Positions 33,927 to 42,787 of a stretch of DNA of 64,000 nucleotides are shown piece by piece. Origin of the DNA: Gemmatimonadales bacterium. Lineage in GTDB: Bacteria > Gemmatimonadota > Gemmatimonadetes > Gemmatimonadales > GWC2-71-9. Made by a program: the position numbers and the translations under genes. The stretch is from NCBI GenBank assembly GCA_037189525.1, contig JBBCJC010000001.1, positions 64,001 through 128,000 of the forward strand, in the 5' to 3' direction. The number at the start of each line of letters is the position of its first letter. The first letter of the stretch is position 1. Below the pieces are notes generated by a model that searched no databases, was not told where the DNA came from, and saw only the letters and a list, made by a program, of their open reading frames with translations.

Positions 33927-36389
33927 ATGTCGGACCTCCGCGATGCCGTTCGGACGCTCCGTGCCACGCCCCTCGTCTCGATCGTGGCGATCCTCTCCCT
34001 CGCACTGGGCATCGGCGCCACCACGGCGATGTTCTCGATCGTCGACAGCCTGATCCTGCGCGCGCTGCCGGTCCAACACCCCGAACGGCTGGCGGCAGTG
34101 ACCAATACCAATGGTCACCAGTTCCGTTGGACCAACCCGATCTGGGAGGAGATCCGCAACCGGCCCGATCTGTTCGACGGCGCCTTCGCCATGGCGGAAA
34201 CCCGCTTCGACCTGAGCGAGGGGGGTGAGACCCGCTACATCGACGGGATTATGGCGAGCGGCGCCTTCTTCGACGTGCTGGGCGTCCCGGCGCAAGTCGG
34301 CCGAGTCTTCCATCCCGCCGACGATGCCCGGGGCGGCGGGCCCGACGGCGCGGTGGCCGTCCTCTCGCACGACTATTGGCAGCGAGCCTATGGCGGAGCG
34401 TCCGATGTCGCGGGGCGGCCGGTCACGTTGAGCGGCGTGGTCTATACCATCGTCGGCGTGACACCGCCCAGCTTCACAGGCCCCCAGGTAGGCCAGCCAT
34501 TCGACGTCATCGTGCCGATCGGCACGGAGCCGCTGATCCGCGGTAGCGCGAGCATGCTCGACGGGCGCTCATCCTGGTGGCTGCAGATCATGATCCGCCG
34601 CAAGCCGTCGCAAGAGCTGGCGGGCGCCGAGGCGGCGCTGCGCGCGGTACAGCCGCAGATCCGCGAAGCCACCGTGCCGACCAACTGGCGCACCGAGGAT
34701 CAGGCACGGTACCTGAGCGTACCATTCGCGCTGGCGCCAGCCGCGACCGGCGTCTCCAATCTCCGGAACGCCTATCAGCGTCCGCTCCTGACCATCCTGG
34801 TGGTGACCGGGCTCGTCCTGCTCATCGCGTGCGGCAACATCGCCAACCTGCTGCTGGCCCGCGCCACCGCGCGCCGCCACGAGCTCTCCGTCCGCCAGGC
34901 GCTCGGCGCCTCTCGACTGCGGCTCGGCCGCCAACTGTTCGTCGAGAGCGCGGTGCTGGCCGGCATCGGGGCCGCACTCGGCGCGCTCATAGCGGTCTGG
35001 AGCAGCCGTTTGCTCGTTCGCCAGCTGTCAACTCCGACCGATCGGGTCCTGCTCGATCTCGGCCTCGATTGGCGGCTCCTGGCGTTCGTGGCGATCATCG
35101 CCGTGGGCACGGCGCTCCTCTTCGGCACGGTACCCGCGCTGCGCGCCGCCGGCGCCGACCCGATGGATGCGATGAAGGAACACGGCCGCGACGGTCAGGG
35201 CGGAGGTAACCGGCTGGGCAGCGGGCTCATCGTCGTCCAGGTTGCGCTCTCGCTCGTGCTGGTGGTCGGAGCCGGCCTGTTCGTCCGCACCTTCTCCACT
35301 CTCGCCACACGCGACCTCGGCTTCGGCACCGAGCGGCTGCTCACGGCGCGCATCGGCGTGTCACGGAACGGGCCGGCCGAGCAGCGGAATGAGATCTATC
35401 GACGTATCGCGGAGACCGTAGGCGCCGTCCCGGGCGTTGCCTCGGTGGCGGTTGCGACCGTCCCCCTGGTGAGCGGCACGGTTTGGAACAATCTGGTCGA
35501 GGTACCGGGTGGCCCGCCCGTGGAAGGCGAGAGCCGTACGGCCAACCTGAACTGGGTGACCCCCGGTTGGTTCGCAACCGTCCGCATCCCGCTGCTCGGA
35601 GGCCGCGACTTCCAGCCGAGCGACGGACCGGAGGCGCCCAGGGTCGCCATCGTCAATCAGGCCTTCGCCAAACGCTTCGTCGGCACCGACGATCCGATCG
35701 GCCGGATCGTCCGGCTACCCGACGACGACCCGCGAGTGTCCTATACCGTCACCATCGTCGGGCTGAGCGCAGACGCCGTCTACAGCTCGATCCGTGAAGT
35801 CGTTCCGCCGACCCTCATCATGCCAATGGCACAACAGCGCACCGGATCCTCCACCAGCACGCTCAACATCCTCGCGGGCGGCCGGATCGACGGGGCGCTC
35901 CTTCGCGGCGTGACCGGCGCCATCGGCGCGATCGATCCGAGCATCTCGATCACATTCCGCGCCATGGACGATCTCGTGAGCACGGCCCTCATCCGCGAGC
36001 GGCTCGTCGCCATGCTCTCGGCGTTCTTCGGCGGGCTCGCGCTGCTGCTGGCCGGGCTCGGCCTCTATGGCGTGACGGCCTATGCGGTCAACCGGCGCCG
36101 CAACGAGATCGGCATCCGGATGGCAATCGGCGCCGCGCCGAGTCGCATCCTCCGTTTGGTGCTCGGCCGGGTCGGCTTCCAGATCGGGCTGGGCGTGGTG
36201 ATCGGTACCGTCGCCAGTATCTGGGCAGCGCGGTTCGTGGAATCGCTCCTCTACGGCATGCCGGCGCGGGATCCGATTACGCTCGTCGCGGCCGCCGTGG
36301 TACTGGGCGCAATCGGCGTGCTGGCCGGCTGGGTTCCTGCGCGCCGAGCGGCCGCTGTCGATCCTGCCCGGGTGCTGCGCGACGGGTGA
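33927..36389 (+). CDS. ADOP-family duplicated ABC permease (no prefix domain)
   Basis: DLRDAVRTLR..P..S...ILSLALGIGATTAMFS; IACGNIANLLLARA..RRHELSVR.ALGASR; RRRNEIGIRMAIGA; VDPARVLR. Confidence 0.92.
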   Translation: MSDLRDAVRTLRATPLVSIVAILSLALGIGATTAMFSIVDSLILRALPVQHPERLAAVTNTNGHQFRWTNPIWEEIRNRPDLFDGAFAMAETRFDLSEGGETRYIDGIMASGAFFDVLGVPAQVGRVFHPADDARGGGPDGAVAVLSHDYWQRAYGGASDVAGRPVTLSGVVYTIVGVTPPSFTGPQVGQPFDVIVPIGTEPLIRGSASMLDGRSSWWLQIMIRRKPSQELAGAEAALRAVQPQIREATVPTNWRTEDQARYLSVPFALAPAATGVSNLRNAYQRPLLTILVVTGLVLLIACGNIANLLLARATARRHELSVRQALGASRLRLGRQLFVESAVLAGIGAALGALIAVWSSRLLVRQLSTPTDRVLLDLGLDWRLLAFVAIIAVGTALLFGTVPALRAAGADPMDAMKEHGRDGQGGGNRLGSGLIVVQVALSLVLVVGAGLFVRTFSTLATRDLGFGTERLLTARIGVSRNGPAEQRNEIYRRIAETVGAVPGVASVAVATVPLVSGTVWNNLVEVPGGPPVEGESRTANLNWVTPGWFATVRIPLLGGRDFQPSDGPEAPRVAIVNQAFAKRFVGTDDPIGRIVRLPDDDPRVSYTVTIVGLSADAVYSSIREVVPPTLIMPMAQQRTGSSTSTLNILAGGRIDGALLRGVTGAIGAIDPSISITFRAMDDLVSTALIRERLVAMLSAFFGGLALLLAGLGLYGVTAYAVNRRRNEIGIRMAIGAAPSRILRLVLGRVGFQIGLGVVIGTVASIWAARFVESLLYGMPARDPITLVAAAVVLGAIGVLAGWVPARRAAAVDPARVLRDG

Positions 36390-36442
36390 GCGCGGCACTC
36401 GTGGCCGCCCCAGAGGCTCGCTCGGGTCAGGAAAAATCGCCG

Positions 36443-39148
36443 TCAGTAGTCTCGCAGTGCTTCGGTGGGCTGTACGGCAAGCGCCCGGCGCGTCGGGACG
36501 GCGCATGCGATCAGGAACACGACGGTCATCAAGGTCGTGTACGCGCCGAGCGTGAGGAGCTGTTTTACCGTCGGCAAACCGTTGTCGGTCCCTCCGAGCA
36601 ACGCCCACACCAGCAGAGTGCCGGCAAGCAATCCCACCCCGAGCTGACGCAACGGCTGCCGGAACACCGCGCGGACGACGTGCCCCGGACTCGCGCCCAG
36701 TGCGACGCGCACGCCGACCTCCCGTGTCCTCCGTGACGCCGCAAACGACATCACGGCGTAGATCGAAACGAGAGAGAACACGAGTATCATCGCGCTCACG
36801 ATGGTCGTCAGCTTGAGCCAAAACGTGTGAAAGTCGACCTCCCCGTTCACGACGTCTTTCAGGGGCATCAGGTCCGTCAGGCGCAACGTCACATCGACGT
36901 CCGTCGCGATGGCGCGCAAGCGCGGTGCGAATACCTTGGGGTCGCCCCGGACGTGTATGGCGACATTGAGCGGATACATCGATGCACGGACGAGCGGATG
37001 ATAGACGCCCGCGGGTCCCCATCCCGACCGAACACCCACATCGGGCGCGACACCGATGATCTCGAACCAGGGCTGCGGCGTGGGATCTGAGCGGCGCACA
37101 TACCGGATCCGCCGGCCGATCGGATTCGTCCCACCCATCACGCGGTCGACGAATGCTTTGTTCACCACGGCAACTCGTACGTCGGGATTGGCGTCACCGC
37201 CGTCGAACCAGCGCCCCGACACCATCGAAACACCGAGGACATCGAGATACTTCGGATCGACGTGCGACGATCCCACCCGATGACCACGTTCGTCCTGAGG
37301 GGCGAGCGCGCCCTCGTCGACCTCGACCTGATTGTTTGGGTGGTACTGGCGCGGCAGGTGCTGGGCGAACACGACACCCGCCACGCCAGGCTCCGACTCG
37401 AGTCGCGTCTCGAGGTTCTGTGCCGCGGCCGCGTAGCGAGCCTGAAACGCGGCCGCGCTCGTATCGGCGCCGGGTTCGGTTGAAAGCCGCTCCATATCGA
37501 GCCGAACCGAGAGGTACTGATCGACAGGGAAAGGCAACGGCTGGGTCTCGAGACGCACATTGTCCTTGCGCACGAGAAACGTGACAACGGGAAAGCCCAT
37601 CGTCACGGCGATCTGCAGGACGATCACAGCCGTCCACATTCCGCCGAACTGCGTGCTGCCCGCGCCGGCGGTCGTGTGCTTGAGACAATTGCCAAGGTTG
37701 CGCGTGATCTTGAGCCCCGGAAGCACTCCGGCAATCGCAGCGGCCAGCAGAGTGAGCAGCGTGGCGTACACGAAGGTCAGCGGTGAGAGTTTGCCGTCGA
37801 CCCAGAACGGAAAGTTGCCGCTCCCGTCGGTGAGCACCGCGCGCATGAGATCCAGCCCCCACCGCACCCCCCACCCAGCCGCGGTCAGCCCCACCACCGC
37901 TGCGACGCCGCCGAGCACCAGCGCTTCGGCGAATATCTGCATGACGATGCGCCGCCTGTCGGCGCCGAGCGCCGAGCGCACAACGATCTCGGCCTCGCGG
38001 GTTGCCGCGCGCGCGAACATCAGCAGTCCGACGTTGGCGCATACGAGCACGAGGAGCATGACGACGTAGATGTTGCCCGTCAGCAGCATCATCGACTGGC
38101 CGGGTCCGCCAATCGCCCGCACCGATTCGGCAAAGGTGAACAGTTGCGGGCGGAGGTGCTGGTGCGTGTGCGGGAAATCGACGGCCGCAATCCGTCCGAG
38201 GTTCGTGAGCTCCGCGCGCGCCTGCTCCAGTGATGCGCCCGGCGTCAGACGGCCGAAGATCTGGATCGCCGTTCCCTGACGCGGTTCGTATCCCGAGGCA
38301 TCGACCCTGAGCGGCACCCAAAATTCCTGGGTCCGTGGAAAGGCAAAACTGGCAGGCATGACGCCGACGATAGTCGAGGGAGCACCCGTCAGGCGGACCG
38401 TGCGTCCAATGATGCCGGGATCACCATTGAAACGCCTCTGCCACAGGTCGTAGCCAATCACGGCGACGAGCGGTGCGTCGGCCTGCTCGTCCGAATCCAC
38501 CAGCGTGCGCCCGAGTACGGGCGGAACACGCAAGGCGCGGAACGCCGCCGCGCTGATCTCAGCGGCAAACACCGGTTCAGCCAGACCCTCGGTGATCATG
38601 AGGTTCCGAGTGACCGTGCGATAGGCGCTCAGGTCCTGTACGGATTGAACCGAGCCACGCCACGCCACGAAATCGTAGGTCGCGCGGTGCTCCGGACGGT
38701 TCGCCGACGCGTCCCAGTTCTGAAGCACCACGATCCGGCCGGCATCCGGGAGCGGAATCGTGGGAAACACGAGTTGCCGAATCGCCTCGAATGTGCCGGC
38801 GCCCATCCAGATCGCGAACGCCATGGAGAGCCCGCCGACGATCGTGAGCATCGGGTACTTCACGAGCATCCGCCCGCCGAGCTTGAGGTCGAGCCACGAG
38901 AAGCGGATCTCGTCGAACCACCCGAGGCCACGGGCATTCCGCGCTTCCCCGACGTGATAATCCGCGCTCCCGAACTCGGCGCGCGCTACTCGCGCCGCTT
39001 CGGCGGGTGTCATCCCGGCCCGGACCAGGTCCGCGGCACGCAGTTCCATGTGGAGGCGGAATTCCTCCTTGAGGTCATCGTCCACCTGACGTGTGCGGAC
39101 GACACCGCGCCAGAGCGAGCGCACCCTGGCCACCAGCCCGGAAATCAT
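36443..39148 (-). CDS. ADOP-family duplicated ABC permease with permease prefix domain
   Basis: DLKEEFRLHMELRA..G....AR.ARAEFG prefix; CANVGLLMFARA; RRTREVGVRVALGA; VQPTEALR. Confidence 0.92.
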   Translation of the reverse strand: MISGLVARVRSLWRGVVRTRQVDDDLKEEFRLHMELRAADLVRAGMTPAEAARVARAEFGSADYHVGEARNARGLGWFDEIRFSWLDLKLGGRMLVKYPMLTIVGGLSMAFAIWMGAGTFEAIRQLVFPTIPLPDAGRIVVLQNWDASANRPEHRATYDFVAWRGSVQSVQDLSAYRTVTRNLMITEGLAEPVFAAEISAAAFRALRVPPVLGRTLVDSDEQADAPLVAVIGYDLWQRRFNGDPGIIGRTVRLTGAPSTIVGVMPASFAFPRTQEFWVPLRVDASGYEPRQGTAIQIFGRLTPGASLEQARAELTNLGRIAAVDFPHTHQHLRPQLFTFAESVRAIGGPGQSMMLLTGNIYVVMLLVLVCANVGLLMFARAATREAEIVVRSALGADRRRIVMQIFAEALVLGGVAAVVGLTAAGWGVRWGLDLMRAVLTDGSGNFPFWVDGKLSPLTFVYATLLTLLAAAIAGVLPGLKITRNLGNCLKHTTAGAGSTQFGGMWTAVIVLQIAVTMGFPVVTFLVRKDNVRLETQPLPFPVDQYLSVRLDMERLSTEPGADTSAAAFQARYAAAAQNLETRLESEPGVAGVVFAQHLPRQYHPNNQVEVDEGALAPQDERGHRVGSSHVDPKYLDVLGVSMVSGRWFDGGDANPDVRVAVVNKAFVDRVMGGTNPIGRRIRYVRRSDPTPQPWFEIIGVAPDVGVRSGWGPAGVYHPLVRASMYPLNVAIHVRGDPKVFAPRLRAIATDVDVTLRLTDLMPLKDVVNGEVDFHTFWLKLTTIVSAMILVFSLVSIYAVMSFAASRRTREVGVRVALGASPGHVVRAVFRQPLRQLGVGLLAGTLLVWALLGGTDNGLPTVKQLLTLGAYTTLMTVVFLIACAVPTRRALAVQPTEALRDY

Positions 39149-39151
39149 CGA

Positions 39152-39490
39152 TCACACCTCACTGGGCTTTGCTGAAAGCGCAAGCCCGATCGCATCCGAC
39201 AGTCGCTTCCAGCTTGCGACTTCCTGCCCGAGCGTGCGACGCCCGGCGGCGGTCAGTCGGTAGTATTTCGCGCGGCGGTTGTTCTCCGAGGTGCCCCACT
39301 CGGAGTCGAGGAGACCCCGATGTTCCAGCCGCGCAAGCGCCTGGTACAGCGCGCCCTGCTGCACGAGGAGCGCACCGCCCGAGATCTGTTCGATCCGGAG
39401 CAGCACGCCGTAGCCGTGCAACTTGCCGAGTGAGACGGCCTTGAGGATCAGGACGTCCAGAGTGCCGGGCAAAAGCTCCGCAGAGGTCAT
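39152..39490 (-). CDS. PadR-family transcriptional regulator (paralogue of 120-461)
   Basis: MTSAELLPGTLDVLILKAVSLG..HGYGVLLRIE..WGTSENNRRAKYYRLT; true start ATG 39490 after AGGAG. Confidence 0.95.
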   Translation of the reverse strand: MTSAELLPGTLDVLILKAVSLGKLHGYGVLLRIEQISGGALLVQQGALYQALARLEHRGLLDSEWGTSENNRRAKYYRLTAAGRRTLGQEVASWKRLSDAIGLALSAKPSEV

Positions 39491-39495
39491 GGCTC

Positions 39496-40851
39496 CTACT
39501 GCCTTTTCAGGACTGAGTACGCCGAGCTGCCCGAGAGGTGCAGGTCGCCGTTGCGGAACGTCAGGAAGTTGCTGCCAAGACGGAACGTCATTCCCTCGAC
39601 CCACGGAGCAGGGCGGGACTGGCCGCCGTTGACCGAGACGGCAATGCCCTGCGGCGCCTGCGTCACCTGGGCCACCATGTCGCGACCGCGTCCCGGTCCC
39701 TTGTACGTGCCGACCAGCGCCGCCGCATCGCCGGTAAATGGCGTGACGGTCGGGCGCTGCCACGGCAGCAACTCCGCCGCCAGCTCACCGCCGACATCTC
39801 CCGGGTCGATGTTACCGCTGCTGTTCATCAGAACCACCACCGCCAGCTGCGCGTCGGGGTACCACCCCGCCTCTGCATTGAAGCCGCCTATCGATCCACC
39901 GTGGCCGATGTAGGTGAGCCCGCGCGAGTCCTTGCCGACGCCGATGCCCAACCCGTAACGGAGCGGCGTACCGTCGTTGAGCTTGGCCGGCGCGATCATC
40001 TCCTGGTACGATTTGGGCGACAGCACCTTGCCTCCGTGCAGCGCCTTGACCCATGTCACGAGGTCCCCCGCCGTGGAACAAATCGACCCCGCAGCGAACG
40101 GCCACGTGTGTACATTGGTCGGCGCGCGGCGGATCACTCTGTTTTGAACGCTGTAGCCGTTCGCGCGCCGCGGCACGTGCTCGCTGCTGTTGCAGTACAT
40201 GCTGCGCGTCATCCCGAGCGGCGCGAAGATCCGCTGCTCGACGTACTCCTCGTACGTCATCCCGCTCGCTTTCTCGACGATCAGGCCTGCGAGCCAGAAG
40301 GCGGAGTTGTTGTACATCTGCGCTGTCCCCGTGGGGAACTGGAAGGGGTAGCGCTTGATGAGCGCATAGGCCGAGTCGCGCGGGAAACGCGGGTTCCAGA
40401 CGAGCAGGCCGAACTCGGGCATCTCGGTGAGTCCCACGATCCCCGAGGTGTGGTCGAGCAGCCGCCGCACGGTGACCTTGTTGCCACGCATGTCGAAGTC
40501 GGGGAGCCACTTCGTGATCTCGTCGTCGAGGCTCAGCTTGCCCTCATCGCGCAGCTGCAGGATGGCCGTGGCGGTGAACTGCTTGGCGACCGAGCCGATC
40601 TCGAACATCGCGTCGGCCGGCATCGGTACATCCCACTCGACGTTCGCCTTGCCGTAGCCCTTCATCAGCAGCGTGTCGTTTCCCTTCACGACGGCAGCCA
40701 CGGTGCCGACAGCGCGCTTCTCCAGCACCCCCGAGCCGGCAAGCGAGTCGAGCCGCTCCGCGAGCGTCCGTCCTGTCTGCGCGGCGGCATCCACGACGGC
40801 GAAAGCGGTCAGCGCAAGAGCGAGGATGGTAGGGCGAAATCGGGCCGGCAC
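39496..40851 (-). CDS. Secreted serine hydrolase, beta-lactamase/D-aminopeptidase-related
   Basis: Signal peptide (DAAA-Q); SxxK in GSVAKQF, LLDHTSG, YNN, HGGSIGG. Confidence 0.9.
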   Translation of the reverse strand: MPARFRPTILALALTAFAVVDAAAQTGRTLAERLDSLAGSGVLEKRAVGTVAAVVKGNDTLLMKGYGKANVEWDVPMPADAMFEIGSVAKQFTATAILQLRDEGKLSLDDEITKWLPDFDMRGNKVTVRRLLDHTSGIVGLTEMPEFGLLVWNPRFPRDSAYALIKRYPFQFPTGTAQMYNNSAFWLAGLIVEKASGMTYEEYVEQRIFAPLGMTRSMYCNSSEHVPRRANGYSVQNRVIRRAPTNVHTWPFAAGSICSTAGDLVTWVKALHGGKVLSPKSYQEMIAPAKLNDGTPLRYGLGIGVGKDSRGLTYIGHGGSIGGFNAEAGWYPDAQLAVVVLMNSSGNIDPGDVGGELAAELLPWQRPTVTPFTGDAAALVGTYKGPGRGRDMVAQVTQAPQGIAVSVNGGQSRPAPWVEGMTFRLGSNFLTFRNGDLHLSGSSAYSVLKRQ

Positions 40852-40854
40852 GGT

Positions 40855-40908
40855 CTCTCCTTAGCTGCTATAGAGAGCAACGATAGTGCCGCCGCGCGAG
40901 TCCCACAA
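40855..40908 (-). promoter_or_regulatory. Putative sigma70 promoter and palindromic PadR-type operator overlapping the RBS
   Basis: Minus strand TTGTGG (40908-03), 17 nt, TATCGT (40885-80), then CTCTCTATAGC-A-GCTAAGGAGAG (40877-40855), an imperfect palindrome containing the SD AGGAGA. Confidence 0.6.
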
Positions 40909-40963
40909 GGGTCGAGGGCGCCTCCGGGACGAGCAGCGCTTCGGGTAAAGCAAGCCGTGGCAG

Positions 40964-41005
40964 ACGTTATAAGGGCGGGAGGATGATCCTCCCGCCCTTT
41001 AACGT
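40964..41005. terminator. Strong hairpin, probable terminator of the XRE-hydrolase gene
   Basis: Perfect 13-bp stem AAGGGCGGGAGGA-tga-TCCTCCCGCCCTT extended by ACGTTA/TAACGT, about 30 nt past the stop at 41033. Confidence 0.7.
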
Positions 41006-41032
41006 TCCGGCCCTCTCGTGTCGAGAGCGGTG

Positions 41033-42640
41033 TCAGTCGAGTGAGGCGACGAAGCGCCTGATCCCCTCCAATACCTCCGCACGGTTCGACACGAACAGAC
41101 TGTGATCGCCTGAGAGCGGCACAACCTTGCCGCCTCTCGCGAACCCCTCGAACCACCGGGCGTGCCGGTCGAAGCGTTCGCGGGCGCGGAGGTACAAGGT
41201 ATCGACCCGCACCCGAATCGTCGCGTCACTCATGTCATACCACGGCCGCACCAGGTCGGCAGACGACGCGGGCACGGCGTACAACGCGAGTGCCGGCACA
41301 CGCACGGGCTCGGGATGGTAGCTCGACCAGATCTCTTTGAGCACCGCCGTGTATCCCTGCTGCACCGACGGATCGGGCGCCCGTGGCCCCGCCACACTCC
41401 CGTCCGGATTCACCACATAGCGGTTACGCAGCTCCGCATCCGGGAGAACGGCGGCACCGTTCCGCGACAGATATCCCTCGAGCGCGGCCAACGAGCCAAG
41501 ATCCTCGGGTCCCGGTCGCGGCATCCGCGGTAGTGCGGCGAAGACGGCGTCATAGTCCTCCGACCCGTCGGCCCGATTGAATGCGGCATCGATGTAGACG
41601 ACACCACGGATCGCATCCGCGTACCGTGCACCCAGAACGTGAAGTTCCTCACCCGCAATCGAGTGGCCGATCAGCACCGGACGCTCGAGTTCGAGAGAGC
41701 GGATCACCCGCATCACATCCGCTGCCAGGAGATCGAAGCCGTACCCGGCGGGAGAGAGCGACGATCGGCCATGCCCGCGTCTCGTGACACCGTATACGCG
41801 ATAGTCGCGCGCAAGTTCGGGCGCGAAGTCGTCGAAGCTGTGCGCCGTGCCACCGAGGCCGGCCAGCAGCACGAGAGCCTGCCCCGAGCCGCCCCAGTCC
41901 AGGACCTCGAGTCGCACGCCGTCGTCCACTTCGATGAAGCTCGACGAATGAGGCGACCGGTCGCCGTCTTGACCCTGCGCCCAAAGCGGAAACAGGAGCA
42001 GCGAGACCGACAGCAGCGAAGCCACCAGTACAGCGCGAAACACAAACCGAAGCCAGTTCGCCGGATGACGCGGCTCGAGCCACGGCCAGATCATCAGACG
42101 ATCACCGACGCGAACGTGGAGCGATGCCAGGTATGCAGCCGCGAACAGCAGGGTACTTCCAAACAGCAGCGGTGTTGCGGCCTCGGCGGGAAGGAGCACA
42201 TCGAACACGGCAAGGGCGCCGAGCCCTGCGAACACCAGTGCCGCCGAGACTTCGAGGCGCTCCAGCCGCTGGAGTTGCCGCCGATCCATGCGAACCAGCC
42301 GCGACCCGAGGAAGAGGGTTCGGACCCAGCCCGGCTGACGTTTCCATTCCTCGGACGATTTCGCTCGGGCCGGCTCCGTCGGCGACGCGTTATCGGCACG
42401 TGAGAGGACCGAAGTCAACTCAGGCGGGGATTCCTGCATCGTTGCCAGGCGAAGATCGGCGGGAGACATCTCGTACGCGGCCGCGATGGCTCGGACCGAG
42501 TCGTAGGATGCGACTCCGGTCGCCTCGATACGCTGCACCGTCCGTAAGCCCAGCCTGGCGACCATCGCCAAATGCTCCTGGCTCCAGGCGCGCTTCTCAC
42601 GTTCGGCCCGTATCAGCGCCGAGTTGACGTGCATGTCCAT
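41033..42640 (-). CDS. XRE-family HTH + transmembrane segments + alpha/beta hydrolase fusion protein
   Basis: N-terminal IRAEREKRAWSQEHLA...GLRTVQRIE; three hydrophobic helices; then LEVLDWGG, LLAGLG, TRRGHG.S, nucleophile GHSIAG, GDHSLF. Confidence 0.8.
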   Translation of the reverse strand: MDMHVNSALIRAEREKRAWSQEHLAMVARLGLRTVQRIEATGVASYDSVRAIAAAYEMSPADLRLATMQESPPELTSVLSRADNASPTEPARAKSSEEWKRQPGWVRTLFLGSRLVRMDRRQLQRLERLEVSAALVFAGLGALAVFDVLLPAEAATPLLFGSTLLFAAAYLASLHVRVGDRLMIWPWLEPRHPANWLRFVFRAVLVASLLSVSLLLFPLWAQGQDGDRSPHSSSFIEVDDGVRLEVLDWGGSGQALVLLAGLGGTAHSFDDFAPELARDYRVYGVTRRGHGRSSLSPAGYGFDLLAADVMRVIRSLELERPVLIGHSIAGEELHVLGARYADAIRGVVYIDAAFNRADGSEDYDAVFAALPRMPRPGPEDLGSLAALEGYLSRNGAAVLPDAELRNRYVVNPDGSVAGPRAPDPSVQQGYTAVLKEIWSSYHPEPVRVPALALYAVPASSADLVRPWYDMSDATIRVRVDTLYLRARERFDRHARWFEGFARGGKVVPLSGDHSLFVSNRAEVLEGIRRFVASLD

Positions 42641-42787
42641 TGCTCCGCTATCCCATATTCGTGGTAATCACCAACATGGGATGAGACGTCGATTTGTCTA
42701 TGGCATTGTTACGCCGTGATACCGCCAGTTGCCCGCCACGTCTGCGCATCGGCATGGATCCGGCGCCCGCGCTCAGCAGGAGCCCGC

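Noticed and set aside
33846..42787. Accessory block as an integrative or mobile element
   Set aside because: No integrase, transposase, tRNA target or flanking direct repeats were found by eye.
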